Assembly: GCA_951406725.2 (NCBI GenBank) | Contig: OX597818.1 | Span: 44,454,001 to 44,518,000 of the forward strand | Source of the DNA: Octopus vulgaris | Lineage: Eukaryota | DNA length: 64,000 nucleotides | Reading direction: 5' to 3' | In this document: piece by piece, positions 13,190 through 26,235 of the stretch | Layout: the number at the start of each line of letters is the position of its first letter | How positions within the stretch are numbered: the stretch's first letter is position 1 | Position numbers and translations under genes: made by a program | Notes under the pieces: generated by a model | What the model was told of the DNA's origin: nothing | Database searches by the model: none | The model's input: only the letters and a program-made list of their open reading frames with translations

Positions 13190-13770
13190 ATCAAACCTTT
13201 ACTTCTTGCCATATTCTGAATGCCTTACTTCCCTGGGCATAGATACATTGAAACTCTGACATCTGGTGTCTGCCAAGTCAGATGCCAGATGTCAGAGTTT
13301 CAATGTATCTATGCCCAGGGAAGTAAGGCGTTCAGAATATGGCAAGGAGTAAAGGTTTGATATGTTAACATATATAAAATTATTAACCATCTTACAAACA
13401 ATAACTCTGAGCACCTTTTCAAACTCCATCTGTCTAACACTCGTGGACATGTTTAAAAAGTCAGAAAACAGCACAGCTTCCATGGCTTTCGGAAACATTT
13501 TTTTCACGTTAAGAGTGGCTGAAGCATGGAACAAACTGCCGGCATCAGTTGTTAGTTTTCAGAGCACTGCATCCTTCAAAACTTCAATGCTTCCTGAGAT
13601 TCGCCAACACTACAACTGATTTTCTCCCCTCCATACACATGCAAACATGTATCTGACTCATACACTGTTCACTTCCCAGACATTTGTACATTACTGCATG
13701 TGCTTTATACGCACTTTTGACAAGTTGTGGTGCACCTGAGCACTGTATACAATAATTTCATTATTATTAT
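13190..13770 (+). mobile_element. CR1-type LINE 3' end containing an internal inverted duplication
   Basis: Remnant ORF2 C-terminus LPYSE(C/R)LTSLGIDTLKL...YKIINHL...FFTLRVAEAWNKLPASVV, 3' UTR and (ATT)n tail. Confidence 0.8.
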
Positions 13771-14129
13771 TTTTATCTGAAAATATCAGCATTAGACATT
13801 TCATTTTTCAAATGTCATCTATGTAACAAGGAAGGGCAGGTAATCTACTTGTGGTCAAGTTCTTTTACCATCACTCTTTATTACTTTACCTCTCCACTAC
13901 CACTATCACTTACTATCTGTTAGCATCTACAATTTGCTGTCCCACAATCTTGCATCTTCATTACTATCCAGTCATTGCTTACTCTCCTTTACCATCACCC
14001 ATATTCAATGCTATCCCAAAATACTACTCATGCTGTTCCTTATCCAGTTTCCTTACCAATAACCAGTATGTGGCTCTCACTGTCTCTCTTCTGCAACTCC
14101 TTCCTTACAACTCCTTTCCCTTCCTTCTC

Positions 14130-14410
14130 GAGCCATACCTGGCTCACAAGGGTCGGTTTCCCGGTTTCCTTGGCATATAGGTTCCCCACCTGGATGGGAC
14201 GCCAGTCTGTCACAGGTGAGCTGCAAGATGCAGGAGGAAAGAGTGAGAAAAAGTTGTGGCAAAAGAGTCAGCAGAAGTTCGCCTTTACCTTCTGCCGGAG
14301 CCGTGTGGAGCTTAGGTGTTTCACTCATAAACACACACATCGCCCATCTGAGATTCGAACCTGCGATCCCTCGACCACTGCTCTAACCACTAGGCCATGT
14401 GCCTCCACAA
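14130..14410 (-). mobile_element. tRNA-derived SINE, head C + tail 1
   Basis: Homologous to 160-452. Confidence 0.8.
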
Positions 14411-14939
14411 CTCCTTTCCCCATCACACTCATACTCTCTTTCCTTTCATCCTTTTGGTTTCACTTTCCTATTCATTTCATTGGTCATATTTATCTTGAAA
14501 GAACAATGATAACATAGAGATGAGTGGCCTCTCTGGTGTTGAAGGGGGCAAGGCAATCACCAATAATGGTAGCATGATAAAATACATCCAGTATACCTTG
14601 TACTGTGGTTGGTAAATGACACAACATATGGCTGAGAACTCTTCTTTATTTTAGAGGATGTGTCCCCACTCCAAAAACTGGTGCTACTATAAAATGCATA
14701 ATGTACAAACTCTTAGGTGAAAAACTAGGAAAGGCATCTGCGTGTAGAAACCACATAAAAAATGGAATGTACAAATATGATTTGGCCCTCTGACTTGTCT
14801 AAACTGGTAATAACTCTTAATAAGTTGGACTGTTCCAACTCAGTACACATGAAAAGTCTTTACCCTACATGTGAATGCAGAAACAATGGCATTCTAGGAA
14901 TAGAGAAAAGAGGACAACTTTCTAATATATAAAGTACAT

Positions 14940-15111
14940 AGGCGCAGGAGTGGCTGTGTGGTAAGTAGCTTGCTAACCAACCACATGGTTCCGGGTTCAG
15001 TCCCACTGCGTAGCATCTTGGGCAAGTGTCTTCTGCTATAGCCCCGGGCCGACCAATGCCTTGTGAGTGGATTTGGTAGACGGAAACTGAAAGAAGCCTG
15101 TCGTAGATATG

Positions 15112-15148
<37 letters not shown>

Positions 15149-15348
15149 TTGTCCCCCTAGCATTGCTTGACAACCGATGCTGGTGTGTTTACGTCCCCGT
15201 CACTTAGCAGTTCGGCAAAACAGACCGATAGAATAAGTACTGGGCTTACAAAGAATAAGTCCCGGGGTCGATTTATTCGACTAAAGGCGGTGCTCCAGCA
15301 TGGCCACAGTCAAATGACTGAAACAAGTAAAAGAGAAAGAGAAAGAGT
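14940..15348 (+). mobile_element. SINE family A, full length
   Basis: GGCGCAGGAGTGGCTGTGTGG...GACTGAAACAAGTAAAAGAG. Confidence 0.85.
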
Positions 15349-16249
15349 ACCACAGTATGGACGAGTTAATGGAAAATGAGAAAAATTTGTCAATTATAAA
15401 GCTTACTTTTGAGGTATGCAGAAAAAGTCTATTTATAAGTGTTCAAATGGAAAAGTAGGTTTTATAAGAAAAGTATCTTTTGGATGATAAAAGTTAAGTA
15501 TAGTTTTATCCATTTATTGCTACTGGTGCAGACTCACTGTACTTTATTTTTTGCAGTAAACAATAAGTTGTTACTTTTATAAAATGAAACATTCTTCCTA
15601 AAAGCACCGAATAATCTTGTTATAACTCTAAATTTAGAATAGTAAAAGTAATAGCAAAAGTATGACAATTGTTAAGCTGATTCTCAGAGCTTATAGAATA
15701 TGAAGAAAGAGTAGAAGGTAGATTCTCAAGCATTGGCTTTTATAAGATTTTAAAAAATATTTTCGATGATTTTTTTATTTTACTGTCAAAAAAAAAAAAA
15801 AAAGAGACTGAAATGAACCTTTTTTTAAATGTTTAGTGGAAAAAAATATATCTATTTTGTCACAGCTTTCACAGACAGTGAGGTGAAAGTTTTTCAAAAT
15901 TACTGAAGGACCTTGAAAAGGATGTCACAGATCTACTGCCTTTGTTTCACCAGCAACATCTGTTTTAATAGTAAAAGGCACACTACTATTGATAGTGGCT
16001 ACAGCTGCTTGCTTTTAATAGCATTGATATATTTTATAGATGTAAGAAAATTTGCTCTGACAAACAGCTGAATTTTTGAAGAGTAGGAAGTGATCCATTG
16101 AGCATTGGCAGTATCACCAGGTGAAATGATTGGTGGCATTTCATCTGTCTTTAAGAATTTGAGCTCAAATTCTACTGTGGTCAACTTTACCTTTCATCCT
16201 TTTAGAGTCAATAAAATAAGTACTCCACAAGGGCCAGACCATCAATTGA

Positions 16250-16682
16250 GAATTTTACTGTGACATTTTGAAGCATTTGAGAGAGGACATTTGGTGAAAG
16301 CAACTGGAACCGTGGTGTGTGAAGGATTATATTCTTCAGGGCAACAATGCACTCTGTTGTTGAGCTCTCCTCACTTGATAGTTTCTTGCCAAAAGCAACA
16401 TGGTATTATTTCTTCACCCATCTTATTTGCCAGATTTAGCACCTGTGGGCTTCCATCTCTTCTCTAAGATGAAAATGCAACTCAAAGGTTGCCATTTTAA
16501 CACTGTTGTTGAGATCACAGAAGGTCTCCAACTCGTTTATAGAAAACAACTTCCAGGTTAGATTCCCAAAGCGAAGGAATTCAGTGCAAGGTAACTATTT
16601 CGAAGATGATATTAAAACTCAGGTAAACAAGTTATTTTTATTAAACATAACTAGTCCAGGAACCTTTTGATATCACCTCATG
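16250..16682 (+). pseudogene. mariner transposase C-terminal remnant with probable right TIR
   Basis: FLAKSNMVLFLHPSYLPDLAPVGFHLFSKMKMQLKGCHFNTVVEI resembles mariner HPPYSPDLAP.DF.LF..K..LKG..F. Confidence 0.75.
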
Positions 16683-17174
16683 TTATTAACCAGATCATAT
16701 ATCTGGAGAACTTTTTAAGCACCAAACTTTGTAAAATGGTTTGTAGTTTGAGAAATTAAGCTGTTTCTGACTGGAATTACTAGTAATAACTGAAATTTAC
16801 TCTTGCTATGGTGAATTACTTGGTTCTGTGATATTTGCTCTTAAAAATTTTGAAATTTCTGAATCTATAAATTCTTTATCTTCCTCATTACTTTGGCGAC
16901 ATTTAGCTGTGACAAGTTTCTAGTTCGGAATGAAAATTCAAGAAAATTTTAGCAGGTTTTGTAGCCACTTGTTGTTAAGTTAATGCTATAATCACAAAAA
17001 GATTCCAGTCTATGATAGATAACTTTAATTTATTTATGTAATTTAAAAAAAAACCCAAAAAACAAAATAAAAAAAAACAAAAAAAAACATTAAGCATCAG
17101 ATCAGCACATTTTAAATAAACCAACTTAGTAATACAAAATCAATATTGTAATTCAGAAAGATACCAATCGTTTT

Positions 17175-17825
17175 ATCTTTTATTTTTCCCTTGTTTCAGT
17201 CACTGGACTGTAGTCATACTGGAGCACCACCTTGAAGGGTTTAGTCAGACAAAGTGACCCCAGTACCAACGTTTTTAAGCCTGAAACTTATTCTATTGGT
17301 CTCTTTTGGCCGAACTCCAAAGTTACATAGATGTAACCCGTTGTCAAGCAGTGATGGGGTAAAAACACAAAAACACACACACACATTGATATATACATAT
17401 ATATATATATATATATATGATGGGTTTCTTTCAGTTTTCATCTACCAAATCCACTCACAAGGCTTAGGATAGCCCAGGGCTATAGTAGATGACACTTGCT
17501 CAAGGTATCATGCAGTGGGACTAAACGTGTAACAATGTGGTTGGGGACTGGTGAGCCAGGAGGCTGTATTAGGTTCCAATCTTGATCTGGCAGAGTTTCT
17601 ACAGCTGGATGCCCTTCCTAACACCACCCACTCTGAGAGTGTAGTGGGTGCTTTTACATGCCACTGGCATGAGGGCCAATTAGGCGGCACTGGCAATGGC
17701 CACGCTCAAATGGTGTTTTTACGTGTCACCTGCACAGGAGCCAGTCCAGTGGGACTGGCAACAACCTCGCTCAAATGTTGTTTTTCAAGTACCACCAGCA
17801 CAAGTGCCAGTAAGGTGACGCTGGT
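17175..17825 (-). mobile_element. Degenerate family A SINE followed by family E element
   Basis: Homology to other copies in the window. Confidence 0.65.
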
Positions 17826-18396
17826 GCACAAGTGCGAGTAAGGCAAAAAAAGTTTTTTAATTTAAATAAAGTAAAATGAATTATTTTCCTTTTCCTTTAA
17901 TTAGTATCAGGCATGATATAAGTTTTGAAGTTTAAAACAGTTTTTTTCTATAAATATAAGCATAATAAGCATGCATCTTCATAAAAAGCAAAAGATGAAA
18001 ACTAAAGACAACATAAAATGATGTGCTGACACTTCACACCTGATGAAGTAAACTGTTGCAATGAATTAAATTACTAGGTAACTGGTATGTATTGAAGTGT
18101 GGCAGTAAAACGGAATTTAATCAAACGGCTAAAAAGTCTTCAATTTATTTAATTTAATACATTTTCAGACAGCTGACAGCTTTCTTTTTCTCAGAAATAA
18201 GAACAATATCAAAAGTAAATTTACCACAACCTATTATTCCATCAGTTTTTAATTCTCTCTTTAATTTACCGTCATCGCTGTCATCACTGCTGTCAGTGAT
18301 GCTGTCAAAACTACCACCCTTGATGTTATTATTACTACATCCAACTTGCAATATTACATTGGGACTGACAATCCCAAGGTAATCAAGACTGTTTAA

Positions 18397-18617
18397 CCCT
18401 TTCATTACCAACCCCGGCTGAAACCGGCTCTGTCTCTGAGTACAAATGCCTTGTTTTCAAAAGTTTTGAATTAAAATCTTCCACCAAACCTTAGTCACAA
18501 TTTATGTTCCTAACACTTGCTGAATGATAACTAAGTTATTTTACTAAATTCTTTGTTATATTTAAAGTAATAGAAAGAAACACAGAGCATCTCAACAGAA
18601 ATACAGTAACAAAAGGG
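18397..18617. mobile_element. piggyBac-type MITE
   Basis: TTAA at 18393-18396 and 18618-18621; TIRs CCCTTTCATTAC / GTAACAAAAGGG. Confidence 0.85.
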
Positions 18618-18847
18618 TTAATGTTATAAATAATCCCAGATCCAGTTCCTGCATACTGCCTACTATTCATTTGGTTAGTATTATATCGGAAACATATTGG
18701 TAACTAGTGAACTTGCAAGAGAATGATTGATATGTATAACTAACAGATATTCACATTTAGTTTACAACAACAGACCATTTCCCAGACCATAGCCAAATAT
18801 AATTCTTTTAAAATAGTCATCTATATATCATAATTAGTGAAAATACT

Positions 18848-19237
18848 TAGTGGCTGTGTGGTAAGAAGTCTGCTTCCCAAGATTATGGTTTCAGTTCAAT
18901 CCCACTGTGTGGCACCTCAGATAAGTGTCTTCTACCATAGCCCTGGGCCAACCAAAGCTTGGTGAGTGGATTTTATAGACAGAAATCGAAAGAAGTCCAT
19001 CATCACCATCATCATCATCGATTAACATCCATTTTCCATGCTGATATGGGTTGGATGGTTCAACCGGGGTCTGGGAAGCCAGGAGGCTGCACCAGGCTCC
19101 AGTCTGATCTGGCAGTGTTTCTACAGCTGGATGCCCTTCCTAACGCCAACCACTCCATTAATGTAGTGGGTGCTTTTTACGTGCCACCAGCACATGGTGC
19201 CAGACGAGGCTGGCAAACGGCTATGATCGGTTGGTGC
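18848..19237. mobile_element. Family A 5' half (+) abutting family E (-)
   Basis: Homology to other copies. Confidence 0.7.
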
Positions 19238-19649
19238 AAAAAATAAGCACACTCTCAAGGATAAAGCAGTAATGTATTTATATGCAATTAAATATGTGTC
19301 TGGTCATAGAGTGACCAATGGTTTCACATTCATTTATATATACATACATATATATAAAAGAAAACAAAAAATGGAACAAGATCCACAAACAAACAAACTG
19401 ACCAATATTGGTTAATTATTTTTATGTTATTTTATGTTTTGTATTAAAAAATAAGTAACCGATGTTGGTCACTTTCTTTCTTTGTTGGTCAAAAGTTTTC
19501 TCCAGTTTCTGCTTATTTAAATTTGATTCCTGATAAACTTTTTTTATCGCTATTACCTGGGTTAACATAGGTAAATGATACTGGTAACAAGAACAGATAT
19601 TCTTATCCCTTAGACAGTTATTCCAACCGCTAACTCCGCTTACCTTTTA

Positions 19650-19679
<30 letters not shown>

Positions 19680-19681
<2 letters not shown>

Positions 19682-19889
19682 CTCTATTACTTGTTTCAGT
19701 CATTTGACTGTGGCCATGCTGGAGCACTGCCTTTAGTCGAGCAAATCAACCCCAAGACTTGTTCTTTGTAAGCCTAGTACTTATTCTATTGGTCTCTTTT
19801 TTGCCGAACCACTAAGTTATGGGGACGTAAACACACCACCATCGGTTGTCAAGCGATGTTGGGGGATAAAGAAAGACACACAAACATAT

Positions 19890-19931
<42 letters not shown>

Positions 19932-20093
19932 TACGGGCTTCTTTCAGTTTCCGTCTACCAAATCCACTCACAAGGCTTTGGTCGGCCTGAGGCTAGAGTA
20001 GAAGACACTTGCCCAAGGTGCCAAACATTGGGAATGAACCCGGAACCATGTAGCTGGTAAGCAAGCTACTTACCACACAGCCACTCCTGCGCC
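19680..20093 (-). mobile_element. SINE family A, full length
   Basis: Ends on the plus strand with CACACAGCCACTCCTGCGCC. Confidence 0.85.
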
Positions 20094-20125
<32 letters not shown>

Positions 20126-20282
20126 GTATATATATATATCATCATCATCATCATCGTCGTTTAACGTCCGTTCTCCATGCTAGCATGGGTTGGACGGTTC
20201 GACCGGGGTTCTGGGAAGCCAGAAGGCTGCACCAGGCTCCAGTCTAATCTGGCAATGTTTCTACAGTCTAATCTGGCAATGT

Positions 20283-20320
<38 letters not shown>

Positions 20321-20634
20321 GCATAGACACACATGTACACATTCCACTCAGAATCATTAGCAACATTTAAATGCTCATTTCACAGTGCCTGCATGGGTGG
20401 CAGGTCTTTTTCAACATCACAAGTTGCCAATCATCATGGCTCTTTATTATCTTCATTTCAGCATTTTGAAATTAGTTTTCTGACAGTGAGAATGAAGAAA
20501 GTTCAGGGAACTATTAGCAACAAATAGTATGCCTGTAACAACACATAGTATGTGAAATTGTTGTTTCTTTTTAATTTTGCGTTTTAAGTTTAAGTTTAAA
20601 TTTAGTGACATATAAATATTAGTATCTCTTCCTC

Positions 20635-21030
20635 TTTCTCTTTTATTTGTTTCAGTCATTTGACTGCAGCCATGCTGGAGCACTGCCTTTAATCGAGCAA
20701 CTCGACCCCGGGACTTATTCTTTGTAAGCCTAGTACTTATTCTATCGGTCTCTTTTGCTGAACTGCTAAGTTACAGGGACATAAACACACCAGCATCGGT
20801 TGTCAAGCAATGCTAGGGGGACAAACATACACGCACACACACATATATATATATATGCATATATACAATGGGCTTCTTTCAGTTTCCGTCTACCAAATCC
20901 ACTCACAAGGCTTTGGTCGGCCCGAGGCTATAGTAGAAGACACTTGCCCAAGGTGCCACACAGTGGGACTGAACCCGGAACCATGTGGTTGGTAAACAAA
21001 TTACTTACCACACAGCCACACCTGCACCTG

Positions 21031-21062
<32 letters not shown>

Positions 21063-21228
21063 TACGACGGGCTTCTTTCAGTTTCCATCTACCAAATCCA
21101 CTCACAAGGCTTTGGTCAGCCCGAGGCTATAGTAGAAGACACTTGCCCAAGGTGCCATGCAGTGGGACTGAACCCGGAACCATGTGGTTGGTAAACAAGC
21201 TACTTACCACACAGCCACTCCTGCGCCT
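20635..21228 (-). mobile_element. SINE family A with a tandemly duplicated 5' half
   Basis: The ~170-bp tRNA/core half occurs at about 20866-21030 and again at about 21064-21228. Confidence 0.85.
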
Positions 21229-21373
21229 ATACTGTATTGGGTTTAAAATTTTCTTTTTTTATATTTCATATACTGATTTAATCAGAAAGTTTAAGTCAGT
21301 TAAAATGACAGATAGGTGAATTTTACAAACACACCAGCTCAAAAGACAATGATACATTAAATGTTTCACTTAC

Positions 21374-21443
21374 TCTCTTCAGGACCTTCAGTGTCTGGAA
21401 CCTCTTTAGAATCCTTTCTCTTGATTAAACTGCCTTTCTTTGA
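21374..21443 (-). CDS. Internal coding exon (70 nt, phase 0/1): SKKGSLIKRKDSKEVPDTEGPEE + 1 nt
   Basis: Minus strand reads tttaatttcag|TCAAAGAAAGGC...CCTGAAGAGA|gtaagt. Strong splice signals, open frame, phase-compatible with the 59112-59264 exon. Confidence 0.72.
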
Positions 21444-21779
21444 CTGAAATTAAAAATGAAATGAATAAAAGGAACAGAATAAATAACATCACCATTGTTT
21501 ACATCGACATCTTCAGCATTTTAATGTCTACTTTTCCATGCTTACATGGGAGGGATGGAATTTGTTGAAGTAGACTATCTTGGGCCAGATGACCTTCCTG
21601 TTACCAACCCTCACCTGTGTCCAAGCATGGTAATATTTCCCCCCATGGCCAGAAATGTTTTTCACAGAAGACTAGAATGATTATCACTTATATGATGGTG
21701 ATATTCATTTACAATCGTTATATGATTTGTGTGATGTCAAGACAAGAGTAGACACATATACATATGTGTACATATATAG

Positions 21780-21940
21780 TTGTAAGCATGGTTGTATGGA
21801 ATAAGTTTGCTTCATAACTACATGGTTCTGGGTTCAGTCCCACTGCATAACACCATGGGTACATGTCTTCTACTATAGCTTCGGGCCAACCAAAGCCTTG
21901 TAAGTGAACATGGTAGACAGAACTGAGAGAAACCCACCTC
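21780..21940 (+). mobile_element. SINE family A 5' half (degenerate)
   Basis: CATGGTTCTGGGTTCAGTCCCACTGC...CCAAAGCCTTGTAAGTG. Confidence 0.7.
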
Positions 21941-22011
<71 letters not shown>

Positions 22012-22074
22012 TCTACATGTGTGTGTGTCTTTGAATCTGTGCTTGACCTGGTGTATTTACATTTGTGTAACTTG

Positions 22075-22418
22075 GGGCCTTGGAACCCCCTTCGGTCATG
22101 ACACTGACCATGGGATTGCACCTAGAAAGTTACCCTCCCAGGCACAAGTCCGGGCAAGGTTGTTTATGGAAGACCAGCAGTCGCCCATGCATACCGGCCT
22201 CCCCTCTCCACACCACCAGTATTATCCAAGGGAAAGGCAATAGCCGATACAGCTTGGCACCTGTGACGTCGCAACTCATTTCTACAGCTGAGTGGACTGG
22301 AGCAATGTGAAATAAAGTGTCTTGCTCAAGAATACAACATGCAGCCCGGTCTGGGATTCGAGCTCACAACCTCACGATCGTAAGCTCGACGCTCTAACCA
22401 CTGAGCCATGTGCCTTCA
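22075..22418 (-). mobile_element. tRNA-derived SINE, head D + tail Z
   Basis: Minus strand GGCACATGGCTCAGTGGTTAGAGCGTCGAGCTTACGATCG...GCTCGAATCCC; core TTGCTCCAGTCCACTCAGCTG. Confidence 0.8.
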
Positions 22419-23309
22419 AATATTTTCTGTAACTAGTAGTCTGACAAAATAAGAATGATAGAATAACTACCAGGCTTAAAAAAAGTATAAGTACTGGAGT
22501 CAATTCATTCAACTAAAAAGCTTTTTCAAGGTGACACTCTGGTATGGCTGTAGTCTAATGACTGAAACAAGTAAAAGATAAAAGCTATAAAGCATGTGTG
22601 CATGTGTGTGTGTGTGTTGGTGTATGGCTGGCTTCTTCTAGTTTTTGTCTACCAAATCCATGCATAAAGGCTTTGGTCAGCTTGAGGGTTATAATAAAAG
22701 ACACTTGCTGAAGGTGCTGTGCAGCAGAACTGAGGCTGAGACCATATGGTTGAGTAGCAGACTTCTCAACCACACAGCCACACTTGTGGCTTTAAAAAAA
22801 CAATAAATAAATGTAAAAAGTATGAGGAAAATAGCAATGGATATGAAAAAAAACAGATCAACATACAGACGGATAGGTACATAGGTTATATGAACAGACA
22901 AGCACACATACGCAAATGAAATGGAAACTGAAACACATGGCCATATATACATACACACTTTACTCCACACAAGGACACATATGGAGACATGTGTCCACAC
23001 ATATAGAGATGCACATCCATACATACATGGTACATAGTTGCAAAACACAAATACACACACACAAGGAGACAGAGGTGCATGCATATACAAACACACACTC
23101 ATACACACACATACATAAAAAATACACAAACACGGACATGCAAGCACATGAATATGCAGAATACATACATACAGATGTACACACATACATATATACATAT
23201 GCATACATACACATGTATACATACACATACATACATACATACATACATACACACATACATGCATGCATGCATAAGCATGCATATGCACACTGACCCACAC
23301 ACATGTGCA

Positions 23310-23490
23310 CAAACAAACAAAAAGGAACGCAGTGTAAATAACAGACGGAGTCAAGACTATTGAAAAGGTTGCAAGACACAATGAAAATTTTAGGAAAATA
23401 AAAATAAGAAATAAGTGGAAATTTTACCGGTGAGTGTGTTACATTATAAGGCACAAAAAGAAAATGACTCTCCCCAGACACAACAGAATA
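23310..23490 (+). mobile_element. Single arm of the 37.7-38.1 kb palindromic element (CpG-decayed HHR-like motif)
   Basis: Matches about 37905-38080; contains CTATTGAAAAGGTTGCAAGACACAATGAAAATTTTAG. Confidence 0.7.
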
Positions 23491-23519
23491 ATACTATCAG
23501 TAATATCAGGTAATGGCCA

Positions 23520-23725
23520 GTTAAACTGGCCATATCTGGCCCAAATATTCTACCTGGTTTATGTTCAACCCAGCCAGATCCAGCCTCTTACACCTACCCT
23601 ATGATGTCATTCTAAAAAATATCACATAATCAAAATTTTAAAGCTGTGAGATAATGCATGAGGAATTCAAAACAATGTAGATGAATAAACATTACATTTG
23701 ACAGAGTAATCTGAATGCTAAAAGG
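23520..23725. mobile_element. Truncated piggyBac-type MITE (second family)
   Basis: Ends in AATGCTAAAAGG followed by TTAA; left TIR not seen. Confidence 0.5.
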
Positions 23726-24329
23726 TTAAGCTCAGTTACTAAATAAACCCACACATCCATTCTAGCTATATTTAAACCAGTCAAGTTGTGAACTCTGTAA
23801 AAAAAAAACAAAAAAAAACTACTTTCATGTTTGACATACTAAAATATTCACACCTACTTAATTGGGATCCTAAAATATAAGGCATCTGTTGCATCAACAC
23901 TCTAAAAACACTTTGTTGCTTTTTTTTGCTAACACTGTAAAATAAAAATACAGTTGTTTAAATTTTTATATCTGTTTTTGAGTTCAGTGCCTCAAGAGCA
24001 GAAACGTGCTGTCTAGGTAGGCAAAGCGGTGGCTGAACTAAAGTTATATACATTAATTATGAAATATAAAATGTAAATTTTATGTAATATAAAATGTAAA
24101 TGCAAATGATTTCTAGTTCATTGTAAAAATGCAAATTTTATGTAAGAAGTTCAGTGCATAATTTAATAAACGGTTCTTGTTTTGAAGGTAGACAGATACA
24201 ATTTACATATACTTACATTCATGTGTGTGTGTGTGTGTGTACATACACACATACGCATATATACATGCACATACATTATTATTCATAATTCTCTTACAAA
24301 TATCAATTTTGTTTTAGCTGCTAAAGAAT

Positions 24330-24603
<274 letters not shown>

Positions 24604-25489
24604 TTATGCAGTTATGCAAAAAATATAAATATGCTTGTATACATGTGTATGAAGGTATAACCCACTAAACTTACTTACATAGATCTGTGTGTGTGTGTGT
24701 GTGTGAATATGTCTATACTTATTTGTCAACTTTATCAACAGTCACACACATATGTACATACATATATATTATCAACACACATACATACACACAGTTAACT
24801 AAGATTTGGGTAAAATCCTTGTAGAATGTTATGCAAAGCTTGTCTACATTTATCGGCTACCTGATGTCATCATACAATAGAAAAGCTCCTGCTGCAACAA
24901 ATTTAATCTCTCCCATACAAGCATGAGTGAAATGATGAGAGGATCTAATGAAGGATTTATTTAAACAATCGCCTGAGAAAGTGAATTTTACACTGTTAAT
25001 GTATGATAGATTACACAACACCTCACCAATGCACTAGCTGTGTAAAAATGCATTAATACATTTGTAGTGATTTTAAATGAATAATGTTGTTCAACCCATT
25101 TTCTATCATTTATCTACATATATTAAGACATAAACATATATAAGTATGCATATATATATATATTTGTCTCATTTGGTCTAAAGTCGTATGACAACCACCG
25201 TTATATTATATTTTGTTTAACCGTTACCGTTTTCAATTTCGTTTTCGTCTCTCGTATTTACATCCGTCTCGTGCGTTCACATTCCTGTCTTCTACCAAGA
25301 AATCTAATGCTTACAGCTTAGTTTTTTTTCTTGGGGCTGGCCGAGTTGGAGCAAATATCAGAATTGAACAGCCGAAATTTGCTATGATGATTCGGTGTCT
25401 GACTGAAGATTGAAGGCTTCAAATGATTTGTCTGTGTTCCGTGTTTGTCCCTTCCTGTATTTCACGTTCTTTATGTATAAAACATTTAT

Positions 25490-25576
<87 letters not shown>

Positions 25577-25676
25577 TAGTAATAGTAGGACAACAAAAGA
25601 AAGAATCAAACCTTGATATTATGTAAATAGAGGAATTTAGCTGTAATATAATATGTGACAATCATTCGGTTGCCAT

Positions 25677-25737
25677 AATAAGACTCCAAGTTTCAGATGT
25701 CAGGGCAGAAAACTGCTCTGACATCTCGTCAGTTATT
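25677..25737 (-). ncRNA. Minimal type I hammerhead ribozyme motif (Penelope-associated type)
   Basis: AAUAA-CUGACGA-GAUGUCAG(AGCAG UUUU CUGCC)CUGACAUC-U-GAAAC UUGGA GUC/UUAUU; helices I-III all pair. Confidence 0.75.
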
Positions 25738-25747
25738 AAAATAATGT

Positions 25748-25792
<45 letters not shown>

Positions 25793-25795
<3 letters not shown>

Positions 25796-26196
25796 TCTTT
25801 TACTTTCTCTTTTACTTGTTTCAGTCATTTGACTGTGGCACTGCCTTTAGTTGAGCAAATCAACCCCAGGACTTATTCTTTGTAAGCCTAGTACTTATTC
25901 TATCAGTCTCTTTGCCGAACCGCTAAGTTACGGGGACATAAACACACCAGCATTGGTTGTCAAGCGATGTTGGAGGGACAAACAAAGACACACAAACATA
26001 TACACACATTCATATACATATATATATACATATATACGACGGGCTTCTTTCAGTTTTCATCCACCAAATCCATTCACAAAGCTTTGGTCAGCCCGAGGCT
26101 ATAGTAGAAGACACTTGCCCAAGGTGCCATGCAGTGGGACTGAATCTGGAACCATGTGGTTTGTAAGCAAGCTACTTACCACACAGCCACTCCTAT

Positions 26197-26198
<2 letters not shown>
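25793..26198 (-). mobile_element. SINE family A
   Basis: Homology to other copies. Confidence 0.85.

Positions 26199-26235
<37 letters not shown>

Noticed and set aside
13975-14517. 180-aa ORF and the recurring 'HSQGFGRPEAIVEDTCPRCHAVGLNPEPCGW' ORFs
   Set aside because: Read-through of SINE sequence repeated many times in the window.
18036-18075. CCTGATGAAGTAAACTGTTGC hammerhead-like start
   Set aside because: GAAA and helices I/III are missing; compatible with chance.
18154-18411. 85-aa minus-strand ORF with acidic DSSDDSDD stretch
   Set aside because: Its start lies inside the piggyBac MITE; no convincing splice sites or recognisable domain.
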